Positions 7,433-17,379 of a DNA stretch of 32,000 bases are shown here, one piece after another; the stretch's first letter is position 1; every line of letters begins with the position of its first letter. Location of the stretch: the NCBI GenBank assembly GCA_000025185.1, contig CP001848.1:990001-1022000 (forward strand), written 5' to 3'. Source of the DNA: Pirellula staleyi DSM 6068. GTDB lineage: Bacteria > Planctomycetota > Planctomycetia > Pirellulales > Pirellulaceae. A program made the position numbers and the translations under genes. A model generated the notes under the pieces. That model saw only the letters and a program-made list of their open reading frames with translations. It had not been told where the DNA came from and did not search any database.

Positions 7433-9745
7433 ATGACGTTGATTCCCTACATGGCGATTATCAAAGATTCCTTCCGCGAGGCGATCAGTTCGCGCGTGCT
7501 CTGGATTCTCTTGAGCCTCATCACCCTTACGCATCTGACGTTCTTCCCCCTCACGTTTCTCGAAGTGCAAACGATTGGCCTGCGCTACGACAACGTCACA
7601 AACTGGCCCGGATTGATCGAAGAGGTGGTGCGCGACCGCAACACTTCGAGCCCGTCGCCATCGAAACATCTCTGGTCGCTTCTCTCGGAAGAGACGCGCG
7701 CCAAGATGCTCGAGCTCAAGGAGCCCAAGGCCGGGTCGGTCTCTGAAATGCGCAGTTTTCTCGGTAAAACACGCGAAATCCACGGCGAAATCGCCGGACT
7801 GATCGTCAGCGACAAGTTCTACGACAAGGCTGCCTTCTCCGACATCGCTCCTTCGATCGAAGTGCTGAAACTGCGCCAAACCGAGTATGCCAAACTCGCC
7901 GCCAACGACCGCCAGCGGCTGAATCGTGTCGCTTTTGAAGGGGCCTATCCCGAGTTCGTCAAGGCGAGTTCTCCGACGTCGCTGCAGCTGAAATATTTCG
8001 CATGGGATATCCTGGTCCCCCTGCCGGTCAGCAAGTCGGAGCTGACCCAAGGGGTCCTCACCTACCTCCCGTACCTGATCGACAAAGGACTCCTCTCGAT
8101 CGGGTTGCTGGTAGCGATCTTGGTCACCGCGTCGATCATTCCGCAAACGTTCGAGCCCGGTTCGCTGCACCTGCTGCTGAGTAAACCGATCAGCCGCTCG
8201 CTGCTCTACCTCACCAAATTTGCCGGTGGCTGCGCGTTCATTCTTGTCTCGAGCGCTTATCTATTCCTGGGCCTGTGGATGATTTTTGGGACGCGCCTCG
8301 GCATTTGGGAACATCGACTCCTGTGGTGCATTCCGCTCTACACGTTTGTGTTTGCGGTCTACTACAGCGTCGCGGCCCTGGCGGGACTCATCTGGCGCAA
8401 CACGATTGTCTCGATCGCGGTTGTCATTCTGTTTTGGGCGACATGCTTTTGCGTCGGCATCTCGAAAGACAGCATGCTGTCGGTCATTTCGAAGAATCGA
8501 ATCCAGAAACTCACTGAAGTCGATGGCAAACTGATGGCCGTCGACGTGATGAATTTTCCGGCCGTGTTTGACAAGGAAAACAACCGCTGGAAACTCGCCA
8601 TGCTCTCCAAAGAGCAGGAAGATACGCGGGCCGTGGTGATGCTGCTGCCAGTCCCGCGCCCTTCGCCTGTTCTCGGACCAGTCTACGACCCGAACAAGCA
8701 GCGGCTGATCCTCGGCACCACCACGTTTCGAGCGCAAGGGCGCATCGTGCTGGGAGAAGGTGACCCGGCCCAGTCGTTCCTCTACAAGCCAGGCCCTGTA
8801 GCGCCGGTGAATAGCCTCGCGCTGCTCCCCACCATCGAGGGGACACCGCTGTTGGTCTCGAGCTTTGGCCTCTTCGAAGTCGAAGGGGAACTGAGCGAAA
8901 AGGGGAACAAGCCGCTGAAGCTGCTCGGATTTACCGTGCCACTTTCGGAACGCGGACCACTCCGCGAAGTGAGCCCGGCCGTCTCGCCGAGCTGGGAAAA
9001 ACCAGCCTCGGCGGCGATCGATGAAGCGAGCGACGAACTGGCCATCTACTCGCGAGGTCGTGTGATTCGTCTCGAGCGCGGCACGGCGCGCTATGATGTC
9101 TCGCAAGAGATCAGCCTCGAGGGAGAACCGCGTCAGGTGGGACGACTCGACATTGCCAAGAGCGGCATTCTCGTCGGTCGCGCCGATGGAACACTCTACT
9201 GGCTCGATCGCGAAACGCTCGAAGAGCGGCAGCAGTTCACGCCGGAAGGAAAAAATCAGCCTCGCTTGATTACCGCGAGCCCCGACGGCAATACGTTCGC
9301 CATTCTCTTCGAGCACGATAAGCTCTGGCTCTTCGACGCGCCGAGCGCCACGATGAAGCGGGCGAAAGTGCGCGGCCAAGGAGATATTTCGACAGCCACG
9401 TTCACTGAGCGCGGCACGCTGCTGGTGGCCGACCGCACGACGCGCGTCACCGAGTATGACCTGGCGACGATGAAGGTGGTTGCCAGCTATGCCCCACCGC
9501 TCGAGATGATGGAGTTCACCTATCGCTATGTGCTGATGCCGATCTACACACTTTGCCCCAAGCCGGGGGAGTTTTACAAAACGGTGCAGTACCTGCTGAC
9601 CGAGCAAGCGACGCAGAAGCAAGGGGAAGACGAAGAAGCAGCGCAAGAGCCACTGCATCCGTGGCGCCCCGTGACCAGCAGCGCTCTGTTTATGGCGGTG
9701 ATGCTGGCGATCGGTTGCCTCTACATTCACCGCCAAGAGTTTTAG
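7433..9745 (+). CDS. ABC-2 type permease fused to a large extracytoplasmic beta-propeller-like domain and a C-terminal TM anchor
   Basis: 770 aa, starting 14 nt after the ATPase stop. The N-terminus MTLIPYMAIIKDSFREAISSRVLWILL and the LLLSKPISRS motif are typical of ABC-2 permeases. TM1 is followed by a loop of about 170 aa (aa 45-218), then a 4-5 helix block (aa 219-345). Residues about 355-690 hold around seven strand-turn units roughly 40 aa apart (VDGKLMAVDV, GRADGTLYWLD, SPDGNTFAILFEHDKLWLFD, TERGTLLVADRTTRVTEYD). A final TM helix is SSALFMAVMLAIGCLYI. Confidence 0.75.
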   Translation: MTLIPYMAIIKDSFREAISSRVLWILLSLITLTHLTFFPLTFLEVQTIGLRYDNVTNWPGLIEEVVRDRNTSSPSPSKHLWSLLSEETRAKMLELKEPKAGSVSEMRSFLGKTREIHGEIAGLIVSDKFYDKAAFSDIAPSIEVLKLRQTEYAKLAANDRQRLNRVAFEGAYPEFVKASSPTSLQLKYFAWDILVPLPVSKSELTQGVLTYLPYLIDKGLLSIGLLVAILVTASIIPQTFEPGSLHLLLSKPISRSLLYLTKFAGGCAFILVSSAYLFLGLWMIFGTRLGIWEHRLLWCIPLYTFVFAVYYSVAALAGLIWRNTIVSIAVVILFWATCFCVGISKDSMLSVISKNRIQKLTEVDGKLMAVDVMNFPAVFDKENNRWKLAMLSKEQEDTRAVVMLLPVPRPSPVLGPVYDPNKQRLILGTTTFRAQGRIVLGEGDPAQSFLYKPGPVAPVNSLALLPTIEGTPLLVSSFGLFEVEGELSEKGNKPLKLLGFTVPLSERGPLREVSPAVSPSWEKPASAAIDEASDELAIYSRGRVIRLERGTARYDVSQEISLEGEPRQVGRLDIAKSGILVGRADGTLYWLDRETLEERQQFTPEGKNQPRLITASPDGNTFAILFEHDKLWLFDAPSATMKRAKVRGQGDISTATFTERGTLLVADRTTRVTEYDLATMKVVASYAPPLEMMEFTYRYVLMPIYTLCPKPGEFYKTVQYLLTEQATQKQGEDEEAAQEPLHPWRPVTSSALFMAVMLAIGCLYIHRQEF

Positions 9746-9760
9746 TACGCGGCCGGCGAT

Positions 9761-10804
9761 CTACACGCCGACCAAAATATCTTTCTCGGCAGCTTCTGCC
9801 GCTTCGACCGAAAAGCGTTTCTGGATTTCCAGGAAGTCCTGCTCTGCTGCGAGGAAAGCTTCGACCACAGCGGGGTCGAAGTGACTTCCGCTATCCCCCA
9901 CGATGATCGATTTGGCGACCGTGTGCGTGAACGCTTCTTTGTAACAGCGGCGGCTAGTGAGGGCGTCGTAGACATCGGCCAACGCGACGATTCGTCCGCA
10001 GAGCGGAATTTCTTTCCCCTTCAAACCACTCGGATAGCCTCGGCCATCCCAGCGCTCGTGATGCGAGGCGGCAATGTCGCGCGCCACGGTGAGAAAGCGT
10101 GCGTCGGGAAATTTGATCAGTGCCGCATCGAGCGTCGCGGCACCGAGCGTCGCATGCGTTTTCATGATCGCAAACTCGTCGTCGTTCAGCCGACCCGGCT
10201 TGCGGAGGACACAGTCGGGAATGCCAACCTTGCCGATATCGTGCAGCGGACTCGTCAGATAGATCAGATGAATCAGTTCGCTATCGACTTCGTCGTGATA
10301 GCAGGCTTGCTCGGCGAGGCGCTGCGCGAGGACGCGGCTGTAGCACTGCACGCGCTCCAGATGATGGCCCGTTTCAGGATCGCGCGATTCGGCCAATTTC
10401 GCCAGCGCGAAGATCGCCATTTCGCGTGTTTCGAGCGAAAGAATCCGCGCGCCGGCACGAATCCGTACAAGCAGCTCGGCGGTGTTGAACGGCTTGGCGA
10501 CAAAGTCGTCGGCACCGGCCGACATCCCTTGCACAATCTCTTCGGGACGCGCGTGGCTCGTTAGCAAAATCGCATAGATATAGCTGTCGAACCCGCCGCT
10601 GCGAATCGCCGCGCAAAGTTCGATGCCAGTCATCTCGGGCATCTCCCAATCGGAGATCACCAGCCGAGGCGCATCGACTTGCTTGAGGCGCGCCAGCGCC
10701 TCGCGACCGTTGCGAGCGGTTTCCACTTCGTACCCAGCGCGGCGCAGCGTGTGCTCGAGCATTTCTAGCGCGAGATCGTCGTCGTCGGCAATGAGAATTT
10801 TCAT
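9761..10804 (-). CDS. two-component response regulator with HD-GYP domain (RpfG-like c-di-GMP phosphodiesterase)
   Basis: REC domain: MKILIADDDD...LVISDWEMPEMTGIELC...LLTSH...FVAKPF. HD-GYP domain: SPLHDIGKVGIPD and ASHHERWDGRGYPSGL. Confidence 0.9.
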   Translation of the reverse strand: MKILIADDDDLALEMLEHTLRRAGYEVETARNGREALARLKQVDAPRLVISDWEMPEMTGIELCAAIRSGGFDSYIYAILLTSHARPEEIVQGMSAGADDFVAKPFNTAELLVRIRAGARILSLETREMAIFALAKLAESRDPETGHHLERVQCYSRVLAQRLAEQACYHDEVDSELIHLIYLTSPLHDIGKVGIPDCVLRKPGRLNDDEFAIMKTHATLGAATLDAALIKFPDARFLTVARDIAASHHERWDGRGYPSGLKGKEIPLCGRIVALADVYDALTSRRCYKEAFTHTVAKSIIVGDSGSHFDPAVVEAFLAAEQDFLEIQKRFSVEAAEAAEKDILVGV

Positions 10805-10931
10805 TCGGACCCTCGTTCTTCTTTTGGGCTGTCGGCCAGCTTGGGAGTGCGGCCTGTTCAGGTAGCATGGGACTTGCGTAGCACGAATTTTTTAGCGCTA
10901 TGCTCGCTACCAGTTCAGTCGACTCACTCTA

Positions 10932-13900
10932 CTAAGTGGCGTCAGCAGCTAACTCTCCTGCAAGCAGCGTATCGAGATGCGAAAGACAACGTTCGACTTC
11001 AAACTCGAGTTGTCCCAAACAACGGGCAGATTCATCGTGGCGCTCATCGTGCAGCGCGAGTTCCAACTGGGCAGCAGCGGTGCGAACACCAGCAGCGGCC
11101 AGGTTGGCGGCAGTTCCTTTCAGCGTGTGTGCCATTTTTCGGGCAGGCACGGTATCTTGATTCTTCACCGCTTCAGCCAGCCGCGCGTATTCCTCGGGAA
11201 GTCGCGACTGAAACCGACGGAGCATCGACCCGGCAAAGCCCGTGTCGCACGCACAGCGCGAGAGAAGCTCTGGTATCACAATCACCGGTCCAAGTTCTTC
11301 AGGCAGCTCGACCGGTGCGCCAGGATTCGCGGCTGTACTCTCGTCACTTGCAGCGCTGCTCGGCTCGGCTGGCGACTGCGTAGCCTGTGGCGGCGTACTC
11401 GTTTGCAGCGGGATCTTCTCGATCACCGGTTGCAGGTTGCGGGCAATCGTGCCGAGCAAAATCGCGCGGTCGACCGGCTTGGTGGTGTAGTCGTTCATCC
11501 CGGCAGCGAGGCAGACATCGCGATCGCCATAGACGGCGTTAGCGGTGAGCGCGACCACCGGCATCGGACCTTGAACCGCATGCGTGAGCGAACCCGATTG
11601 CTCGAGCGCGCGAATCTTTTTAGTAGCAGCAAAGCCGTCGAGTTCCGGCATCTGACAATCCATCAGCACCAGGGCATAGCCCCCGCGCACAAGCGCGTCG
11701 ATCGCCTGGTTTCCATTGCTCACCACATCGCAGGCATAGCCGCTGCCGCGCAGGATTTCGCTCGTCACCATCTGATTGATTTCGTTATCTTCAGCCACCA
11801 AAAGCTTGAGGCCGCACTGTGCAAGAATCTCTTGCGGCGTCGCCCCTTCGGTGCGCGAGTAGGCTGGTGCGCTGGCCACTTCGCGCAACATCACAGGCTT
11901 CGTTGGTGCCGCGGGTGCAGGCAACGTCGCACTACTGTCGCTATCCGGCAATGCTGGCAGACTCTCTTGATGCTTGAGTACTCCCGCAATGGCGTCGAAC
12001 AGACGCGATTGACGAATCGGCTTGGTCATCACTCCCGCGAGTCCCAGCGACGACCACTTCGAACGATCGACGAGCTGATCGACACTGGTGAGCATCAGCA
12101 GGTTGGTATCGCGCAGTAGCGCATCTCCCTTGATGGCGGCGGCCAATTGCAGGCCATCCATCTCGGGCATCTGATGATCGAGAATCACGAGCGGATATTT
12201 TTTTCCCGAGCGAACGGCTGTACGGAGCTGCGCCAAAGCCTGCAAACCATCGCGGGCCGCAGTCACGCGCATTCCCCAGCTCGTGAGCTGGTCGTGCAAA
12301 ATTTCGAGATTCGTGTCGGTATCGTCGACCGTCAGAACGGCTAGACCACGCAAGGTTTCGGCCACCGGTGATCGAGGGGCGGTGTTAACCTGCGCCACTT
12401 CGAGCGGCACTTCGCACCAGAACGTACTCCCGTTCCCTTCGACACTATCGACCCCCACTCGCCCACCCATCAGTTCGATGAGCTGACGACAGATGGCGAG
12501 TCCCAAACCGGTGCCACCATACTTGCGTGTCGTGCTGGCATCGACCTGCGTAAACGGCGCGAAGAGTTGACTCGAGCGATCGGCTGGAATGCCGATGCCG
12601 GTATCGATCACGCTGATGCGCATTCGCGAGACGCCGCTGCTATGCACCTGCTGTTCGGCCCGCAGGATCACTTCCCCTTGCTTGGTGAACTTAATCGCGT
12701 TGTTCACCAGATTTATGAGCACCTGACGAATCCGCTCGGGATCGCCATACACGTTCGTGGGAACGCCGGGCAGAATGCGGCACGAAAGTTCGAGCCCCTT
12801 CTCGTTGGCACGATGACTGAACATCTCGGCGACATCTTCGAGGAGGCTATGCAGGTCGAATTGCACCCGCTCGAGCTCGAGCTTACCCGCCTCGATCTTG
12901 CTGAAATCGAGCACATCGTTGATCAGACCCAGCAGCGTGCCGGCACTGGAGCGCGCGATATGCACATAACGATTCTGGCGCTCATCGAGGGTCGTCGTCC
13001 CGAGCAGCTCGAGCATGCCGATCACGCCGTTAAGCGGGGTGCGGATCTCGTGGCTCATATTCGCAAGGAACGCGCTTTTGGCTTGGCTGGCAGCCACAGC
13101 TGCTTCTTTTTCCGCCTTGAGATCGGCGTTGAGCTTGCGCTGCGTGATCTCCTCGACAGTTCCTTCGTAGTACTTCACCTGCCCCTGTTCATCCCGGATC
13201 GCGCGTGCATTTTCACTGATCCAGATGATGCTTCCATCGGCCCGATAGACCTGCGACTCAAAGCCGATCACTACATCGGTTTGCTCAAGCAAGCTGCAGA
13301 ACTCGGCGCGACGCGCGGGGTCGACATACAACTGTCGGCTGATATCTTGCAGCCCGGTTTGCATGTCGGCGACAGTCTCGAAGCCATAGATGCGAGCGAG
13401 CTTGGGGTTGGCGCTCAGGTACTCGCCACTCGGCGTGGTTTGGAAAATTCCTTCGACAGCGTTCTCGAAAATCGAACGGAATTTTTCTTCCGCCGTGCGT
13501 GCCGCTGCGATCGCTTGCTCGCGGGCAATAATCTCTTGATTCACGCAGTCGATCACGCGGTTGTATTCGGCAGCGATCTGTCCCACTTCAGTGTGCGGCT
13601 CGACATGCACTGGCTGCGAAAAATCTCCCCGCTGACGTTGCCGGTCCATGTTCACCAGCAGATCGATCAGCTCGGTGCTCGCCCCATGCTCGGTGACGTT
13701 GAGCCCTTGTAGTTCGTGATGCAGATCGGTGCGCAGTGGCCGGAAATAGTTGACCACCGAGAAGACACACCACGGCACCGCAAACGCCCAAGCGAAACAG
13801 CAGAGAACGCCAATTCCTTGAATGCCAATCTGATCGATGCGGCTGTTGCCGAGCGGAAACTTGTCGACACTCACAAACAGGGCTACGGCCAAGGTTCCCC

Positions 13901-14876
13901 AAGCGCCGCTCATGCCGTGGACTGGGACCGCTCCCACCACGTCGTCGATTTTGTAGCGTTCGAGCAGATAGGTACCGAGGACAGCGATCATCCCCGAGAC
14001 GGCGCCAATCGTTACTGCTCCCATCGGCTCGACCAGATGACACGAAGCGGTGATGCCGACGAGTCCGGCGATCACACCGTTGATCCCTTGCGAAACACTC
14101 GGCAGCTTTTCGCAGCGCCAAGCCAGCAGCAAAGCAGCGACGCCACCTGCGGCGGCTGCCAGATTGGTGTTGACCAGGATGATTGGCACGCTGCTGTTGA
14201 TGGCGAGTGTGCTGCCACCATTGAACCCGAACCAGCCGAACCACAGGGTGAGTGCACCGAGGGTGCTGAGGGCGAGACTATGTCCGTGCATCGGCTGCGT
14301 GCGATCGGTGAAGCGTCCGAAGCGTGGACCCAGGATGAGGGTGATCGCCAAGGCGCACCAGCCACCGATGGAGTGCACCACCGTGCTGCCAGCGAAGTCG
14401 ATGAACCCCAGCTTCGCGAGCCAGCCGGTCGCCACACCTTCCACGCCACCACCCCAGGCCCAGTGGCCGAACACGGGATAGATGAGGCCGGAGACAAACA
14501 TCGCCACCAGTAAGTAGGCCGAAAAGCGAATTCGTTCCGCCACTGCGCCACTGATGATGGTGGTGGCGGTGGAGCAGAACATCATTTGAAAAAGAAAGAT
14601 GGCGAGCAGCCACGGCGTTTGGCTACCGTCGAGCAAGAACATCGACTTGCCGAAGAATCCGAAATAGCTGCTGCCAAACATGATCGCAAATCCGAACGCC
14701 CAGTAGATGAGGCCGGAAAGGCAAAAGTCGATCAGGTTTTTGATGGCCACATTGATGCTGTTCTTCGCACGCGAGAAACCTGTCTCGAGCATGCAAAAAC
14801 CGGCTTGCATAAACATCACAAGCGCGGCGCAAACCAGCACCCAAATCAAGTTGGCATAGGCAGGGGCGGATTCCAT
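10932..14876 (-). CDS. ammonium transporter (Amt) domain fused to hybrid sensor histidine kinase (Amt-PAS-HisKA-HATPase_c-REC-REC-HPt)
   Basis: From track ORF 10932..15020; all numbering below is track-ORF numbering. The likely start is Met49 (ATG at 14876, [14 protein letters not shown]). Amt motifs: [68 protein letters not shown] spans about aa 508-628. The H-box is [16 protein letters not shown] (His657). HATPase motifs are [10 protein letters not shown] and [16 protein letters not shown]1 has [13 protein letters not shown] (Asp948) and REC2 has [13 protein letters not shown] (Asp1121). The HPt motif is [13 protein letters not shown] (His1298). Confidence 0.9.
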   Translation of the reverse strand: MESAPAYANLIWVLVCAALVMFMQAGFCMLETGFSRAKNSINVAIKNLIDFCLSGLIYWAFGFAIMFGSSYFGFFGKSMFLLDGSQTPWLLAIFLFQMMFCSTATTIISGAVAERIRFSAYLLVAMFVSGLIYPVFGHWAWGGGVEGVATGWLAKLGFIDFAGSTVVHSIGGWCALAITLILGPRFGRFTDRTQPMHGHSLALSTLGALTLWFGWFGFNGGSTLAINSSVPIILVNTNLAAAAGGVAALLLAWRCEKLPSVSQGINGVIAGLVGITASCHLVEPMGAVTIGAVSGMIAVLGTYLLERYKIDDVVGAVPVHGMSGAWGTLAVALFVSVDKFPLGNSRIDQIGIQGIGVLCCFAWAFAVPWCVFSVVNYFRPLRTDLHHELQGLNVTEHGASTELIDLLVNMDRQRQRGDFSQPVHVEPHTEVGQIAAEYNRVIDCVNQEIIAREQAIAAARTAEEKFRSIFENAVEGIFQTTPSGEYLSANPKLARIYGFETVADMQTGLQDISRQLYVDPARRAEFCSLLEQTDVVIGFESQVYRADGSIIWISENARAIRDEQGQVKYYEGTVEEITQRKLNADLKAEKEAAVAASQAKSAFLANMSHEIRTPLNGVIGMLELLGTTTLDERQNRYVHIARSSAGTLLGLINDVLDFSKIEAGKLELERVQFDLHSLLEDVAEMFSHRANEKGLELSCRILPGVPTNVYGDPERIRQVLINLVNNAIKFTKQGEVILRAEQQVHSSGVSRMRISVIDTGIGIPADRSSQLFAPFTQVDASTTRKYGGTGLGLAICRQLIELMGGRVGVDSVEGNGSTFWCEVPLEVAQVNTAPRSPVAETLRGLAVLTVDDTDTNLEILHDQLTSWGMRVTAARDGLQALAQLRTAVRSGKKYPLVILDHQMPEMDGLQLAAAIKGDALLRDTNLLMLTSVDQLVDRSKWSSLGLAGVMTKPIRQSRLFDAIAGVLKHQESLPALPDSDSSATLPAPAAPTKPVMLREVASAPAYSRTEGATPQEILAQCGLKLLVAEDNEINQMVTSEILRGSGYACDVVSNGNQAIDALVRGGYALVLMDCQMPELDGFAATKKIRALEQSGSLTHAVQGPMPVVALTANAVYGDRDVCLAAGMNDYTTKPVDRAILLGTIARNLQPVIEKIPLQTSTPPQATQSPAEPSSAASDESTAANPGAPVELPEELGPVIVIPELLSRCACDTGFAGSMLRRFQSRLPEEYARLAEAVKNQDTVPARKMAHTLKGTAANLAAAGVRTAAAQLELALHDERHDESARCLGQLEFEVERCLSHLDTLLAGELAADAT

Positions 14877-15397
14877 ACGAGTAGTTCCATCGCTGTACGC
14901 ACACACAGCCGCGAGGGCTGTTTCTAGGAGTAACGCTTGCCACCCTTGGCACTGCTCTACAGCAGCGCGCAGGTGGCTCCACACGAGTAGTCCAGAGAGG
15001 CTGCGCGCAGCCTCCGCCAAGGCTTCACGCAGGTGAACTGCTTCCGAACTCTAGCTCCTAGCTAAGAGAGGGGGCCGGAAACCGTGCACTCGACGGAAGA
15101 AATTTTCGCCCTAGCGCAGCGCGCGTGACTTCTGTGATTTCAGCTAGCAGCCCCCAGGATCGATACTGAGACTTAATCGCATTTTTGAAGCTTTAGCGAT
15201 TGATTCGATTAAGCGGAAACTTCCGCCAGGTCGATACCCAAGAGTGTTCTCCGACCCCCACAAGAGAACTAGAGCGTAGACGCAGCAACTCGCTGCTACA
15301 GGGATCTAGCAACACGACGCCAGCTACAGCGCTCTGAAAAACACTCCGAAGATTTGTGGTCCTGCTCCAGTCGCGCACTGCGACGAGGTGGTGTCCG

Positions 15398-16504
15398 ATG
15401 TCCCAGCCGCTCGCAACTGTGGTGATCGTTCCTCGCGAACGATTCAGTCTGTCGATTGCTTCGCTCGAGAGCGTGGTGGCCAACTCTCCTCCCGGCACAC
15501 CGCTGGTGGTTGTCGATGGGAATAGTCCCCACAGCATCGCGCGGGGGCTTGCCCAGCGGTGCGAGCAACACGGGATTCGACTACTGCGAAGCGATCGCTA
15601 TCTCGCCCCCAACGCCGCGCGGAACTTAGGTGCCGCGCATGTCCGGACGCGCTACGTTGTGTTCGTCGACAACGATGTGATGGTCGAGAAGCAGTGGCTT
15701 CGGCCGCTCGTCGAAATGGCCGAGTCGAGCGGCGCGTGGGCGGTCGGACCGCTCTACTGTCAGGGGCTCCCCACTGCCAGCGAAGTGCATATGGCTGGTG
15801 GCGATCTGCGACTCGAAGCGACCCCCGCAGGGCATCAGCTCATCGAATCGCATCGTTTCCTCGGCCGCCGGGTGCACGATGTGAGAAGCGAGCTACGACC
15901 CGGACCGACCGAGAACCTCGAGTTCCACACGATGCTGATGCGGATGGAATATTTCGATCGCTTCGGGCCGCTCGATGAGAAGTTCACGTCGATGGCCGAG
16001 TATGTCGACGCGCTGTTGCCGCTGCATCTCGCCAAGTTGCCGGTAATGCTCGAGCCACGCAGCGTGATCACCTACGTCACTCCACAGCGATTTGCTTGGG
16101 ACGATCTCGAGTACTTTCAGCTCCGCTGGTCGATCGAGTGGGTCACGAAAAACATCGCGCACATGCAGCAGAAGTGGAACCTCGAAGCGAGCGATCCCTA
16201 CTGCGAGCGGCTGCTCGGATTCATGCGCTGGCATCGCCCGAAAATACTCGCGTCGCTCGAGCGTCGGCTGAGTAAGTGGATTGGCGTGCAGCGCGCGAGC
16301 CTGTGGCGCAAGGAATACCTTGTGCCTTGGGAAAAGCAGTATAATAGCTGGCGGTTTTCAAGCCGCAGCTGTGCCCCTGGCGCTAGGTTCAGTGGCGAGG
16401 CCAATCGCCGCTACACGCGACTCGTCTGCGAAGGGACGCCGGTCGAAAGCGATTGTGAAACAGCGCTGGAAAGCATGCAGTTGGCCGTCAGTCTGACGCA
16501 TTAA
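15398..16504 (+). CDS. glycosyltransferase family 2-like protein
   Basis: From track ORF 15356..16504. The ATG at 15398 gives MSQPLATVVIVPRERFSLSIASLESVV...PLVVVDGNSP, a GT-A fold N-terminus, and VFVDNDVMV supplies a DxD motif. The C-terminal half of about 150 aa is not recognised. Confidence 0.65.
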   Translation: MSQPLATVVIVPRERFSLSIASLESVVANSPPGTPLVVVDGNSPHSIARGLAQRCEQHGIRLLRSDRYLAPNAARNLGAAHVRTRYVVFVDNDVMVEKQWLRPLVEMAESSGAWAVGPLYCQGLPTASEVHMAGGDLRLEATPAGHQLIESHRFLGRRVHDVRSELRPGPTENLEFHTMLMRMEYFDRFGPLDEKFTSMAEYVDALLPLHLAKLPVMLEPRSVITYVTPQRFAWDDLEYFQLRWSIEWVTKNIAHMQQKWNLEASDPYCERLLGFMRWHRPKILASLERRLSKWIGVQRASLWRKEYLVPWEKQYNSWRFSSRSCAPGARFSGEANRRYTRLVCEGTPVESDCETALESMQLAVSLTH

Positions 16505-16607
16505 GCATGCGCTCTGCGTGTCGCACAGACAGATGGCGCTGGCGGCGCAGATCATCCTTGCGTTCGTTGACGAATCATCCGCACCCTCAATGTGAGACGC
16601 ACGCTTC

Positions 16608-17369
16608 ATGACTGTGGAAAGCCAGCAGGATCTCGAGGGGATTCTTCGCGCGGGGCGCGTTGTCGCTATCGTCCGCGATGCGATGCTGCAAGCGATTGAG
16701 CCCGGGATAACGACCGCTGAACTCGACGAAATCGGCGCTAAGTTGCTCGAGCACCAGGGAGCGAAATCTGCCCCTCGTGTGACTTACAATTTTCCAGGCG
16801 CAACCTGCATCAGTGTGAATGAAGAAGCGGCGCATGGCATTCCAGGCCCACGAAAAATCGAAGCGGGCGATATCGTCAACGTCGATGTTTCCGCCGAACT
16901 GAACGGCTATTTTGCTGATACCGGTGGCACGGTCGTGGTTCCGCCACGGGCCACGGTGAAGTCTCGTTTGTGCCGGGCCACGCAATTGGCGCTCGAGCAT
17001 GCTTTGGCTGAAGTTCGCGCAGGTGCTCCGATCAACCGGATCGGAAAAGCGATCGAGCGGACCGCAGAATCGCACCATTTTAAGGTGATCAAGAATCTGG
17101 CCGGTCATGGCATCGGCCGCAGTTTGCACGAAGAGCCGACAGGGATCGTCAGCTACTTCGATCGCCGCGATACCCGCCGATTACAGCTCGGTCAGGTGCT
17201 TGCGATCGAGCCGTTTTTGTCGACGCAAAGTTCGCACGTGCGCGAAGCTCAGGATGGCTGGACCCTCGTCGGACATCCGGCCAATCTTTCGGCGCAGTTC
17301 GAGCACACCGTGATCGTCACCCGGGGTGCACCGATCGTGGCCACCCTCGCAGAAACAGCCAGTTGCTAA
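16608..17369 (+). CDS. map: type I methionine aminopeptidase
   Basis: 253 aa with the MetAP-I motifs: AAHGIPGPRKIEAGDIVNVDVSAELNGYFADTG, GHGIGRSLHEEP, LAIEPFL, QFEHTVIVT. The metal ligands D, D, H, E, E are all present. Confidence 0.95.
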   Translation: MTVESQQDLEGILRAGRVVAIVRDAMLQAIEPGITTAELDEIGAKLLEHQGAKSAPRVTYNFPGATCISVNEEAAHGIPGPRKIEAGDIVNVDVSAELNGYFADTGGTVVVPPRATVKSRLCRATQLALEHALAEVRAGAPINRIGKAIERTAESHHFKVIKNLAGHGIGRSLHEEPTGIVSYFDRRDTRRLQLGQVLAIEPFLSTQSSHVREAQDGWTLVGHPANLSAQFEHTVIVTRGAPIVATLAETASC

Positions 17370-17379
17370 CGCTGCGCTA

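Noticed and set aside
8261-9736. A 491-aa minus-strand ORF, plus similar long ORFs antisense to called genes: 2578..3852(+), 4499..5632(-), 6258..7187(-), 7382..8170(-), 10977..12119(+), 12567..13712(+), 13716..14513(+), 17326..18033(+), 18728..19477(-), 19717..20739(+), 20932..21873(+), 21569..22417(+), 26169..26996(-), 28623..29354(-).
   Set aside because: Each lies entirely opposite a gene with clear family motifs. Their translations are Arg/Gly/Ala/His-rich with no recognisable motifs. Long stop-free antisense frames are expected at about 60% GC.
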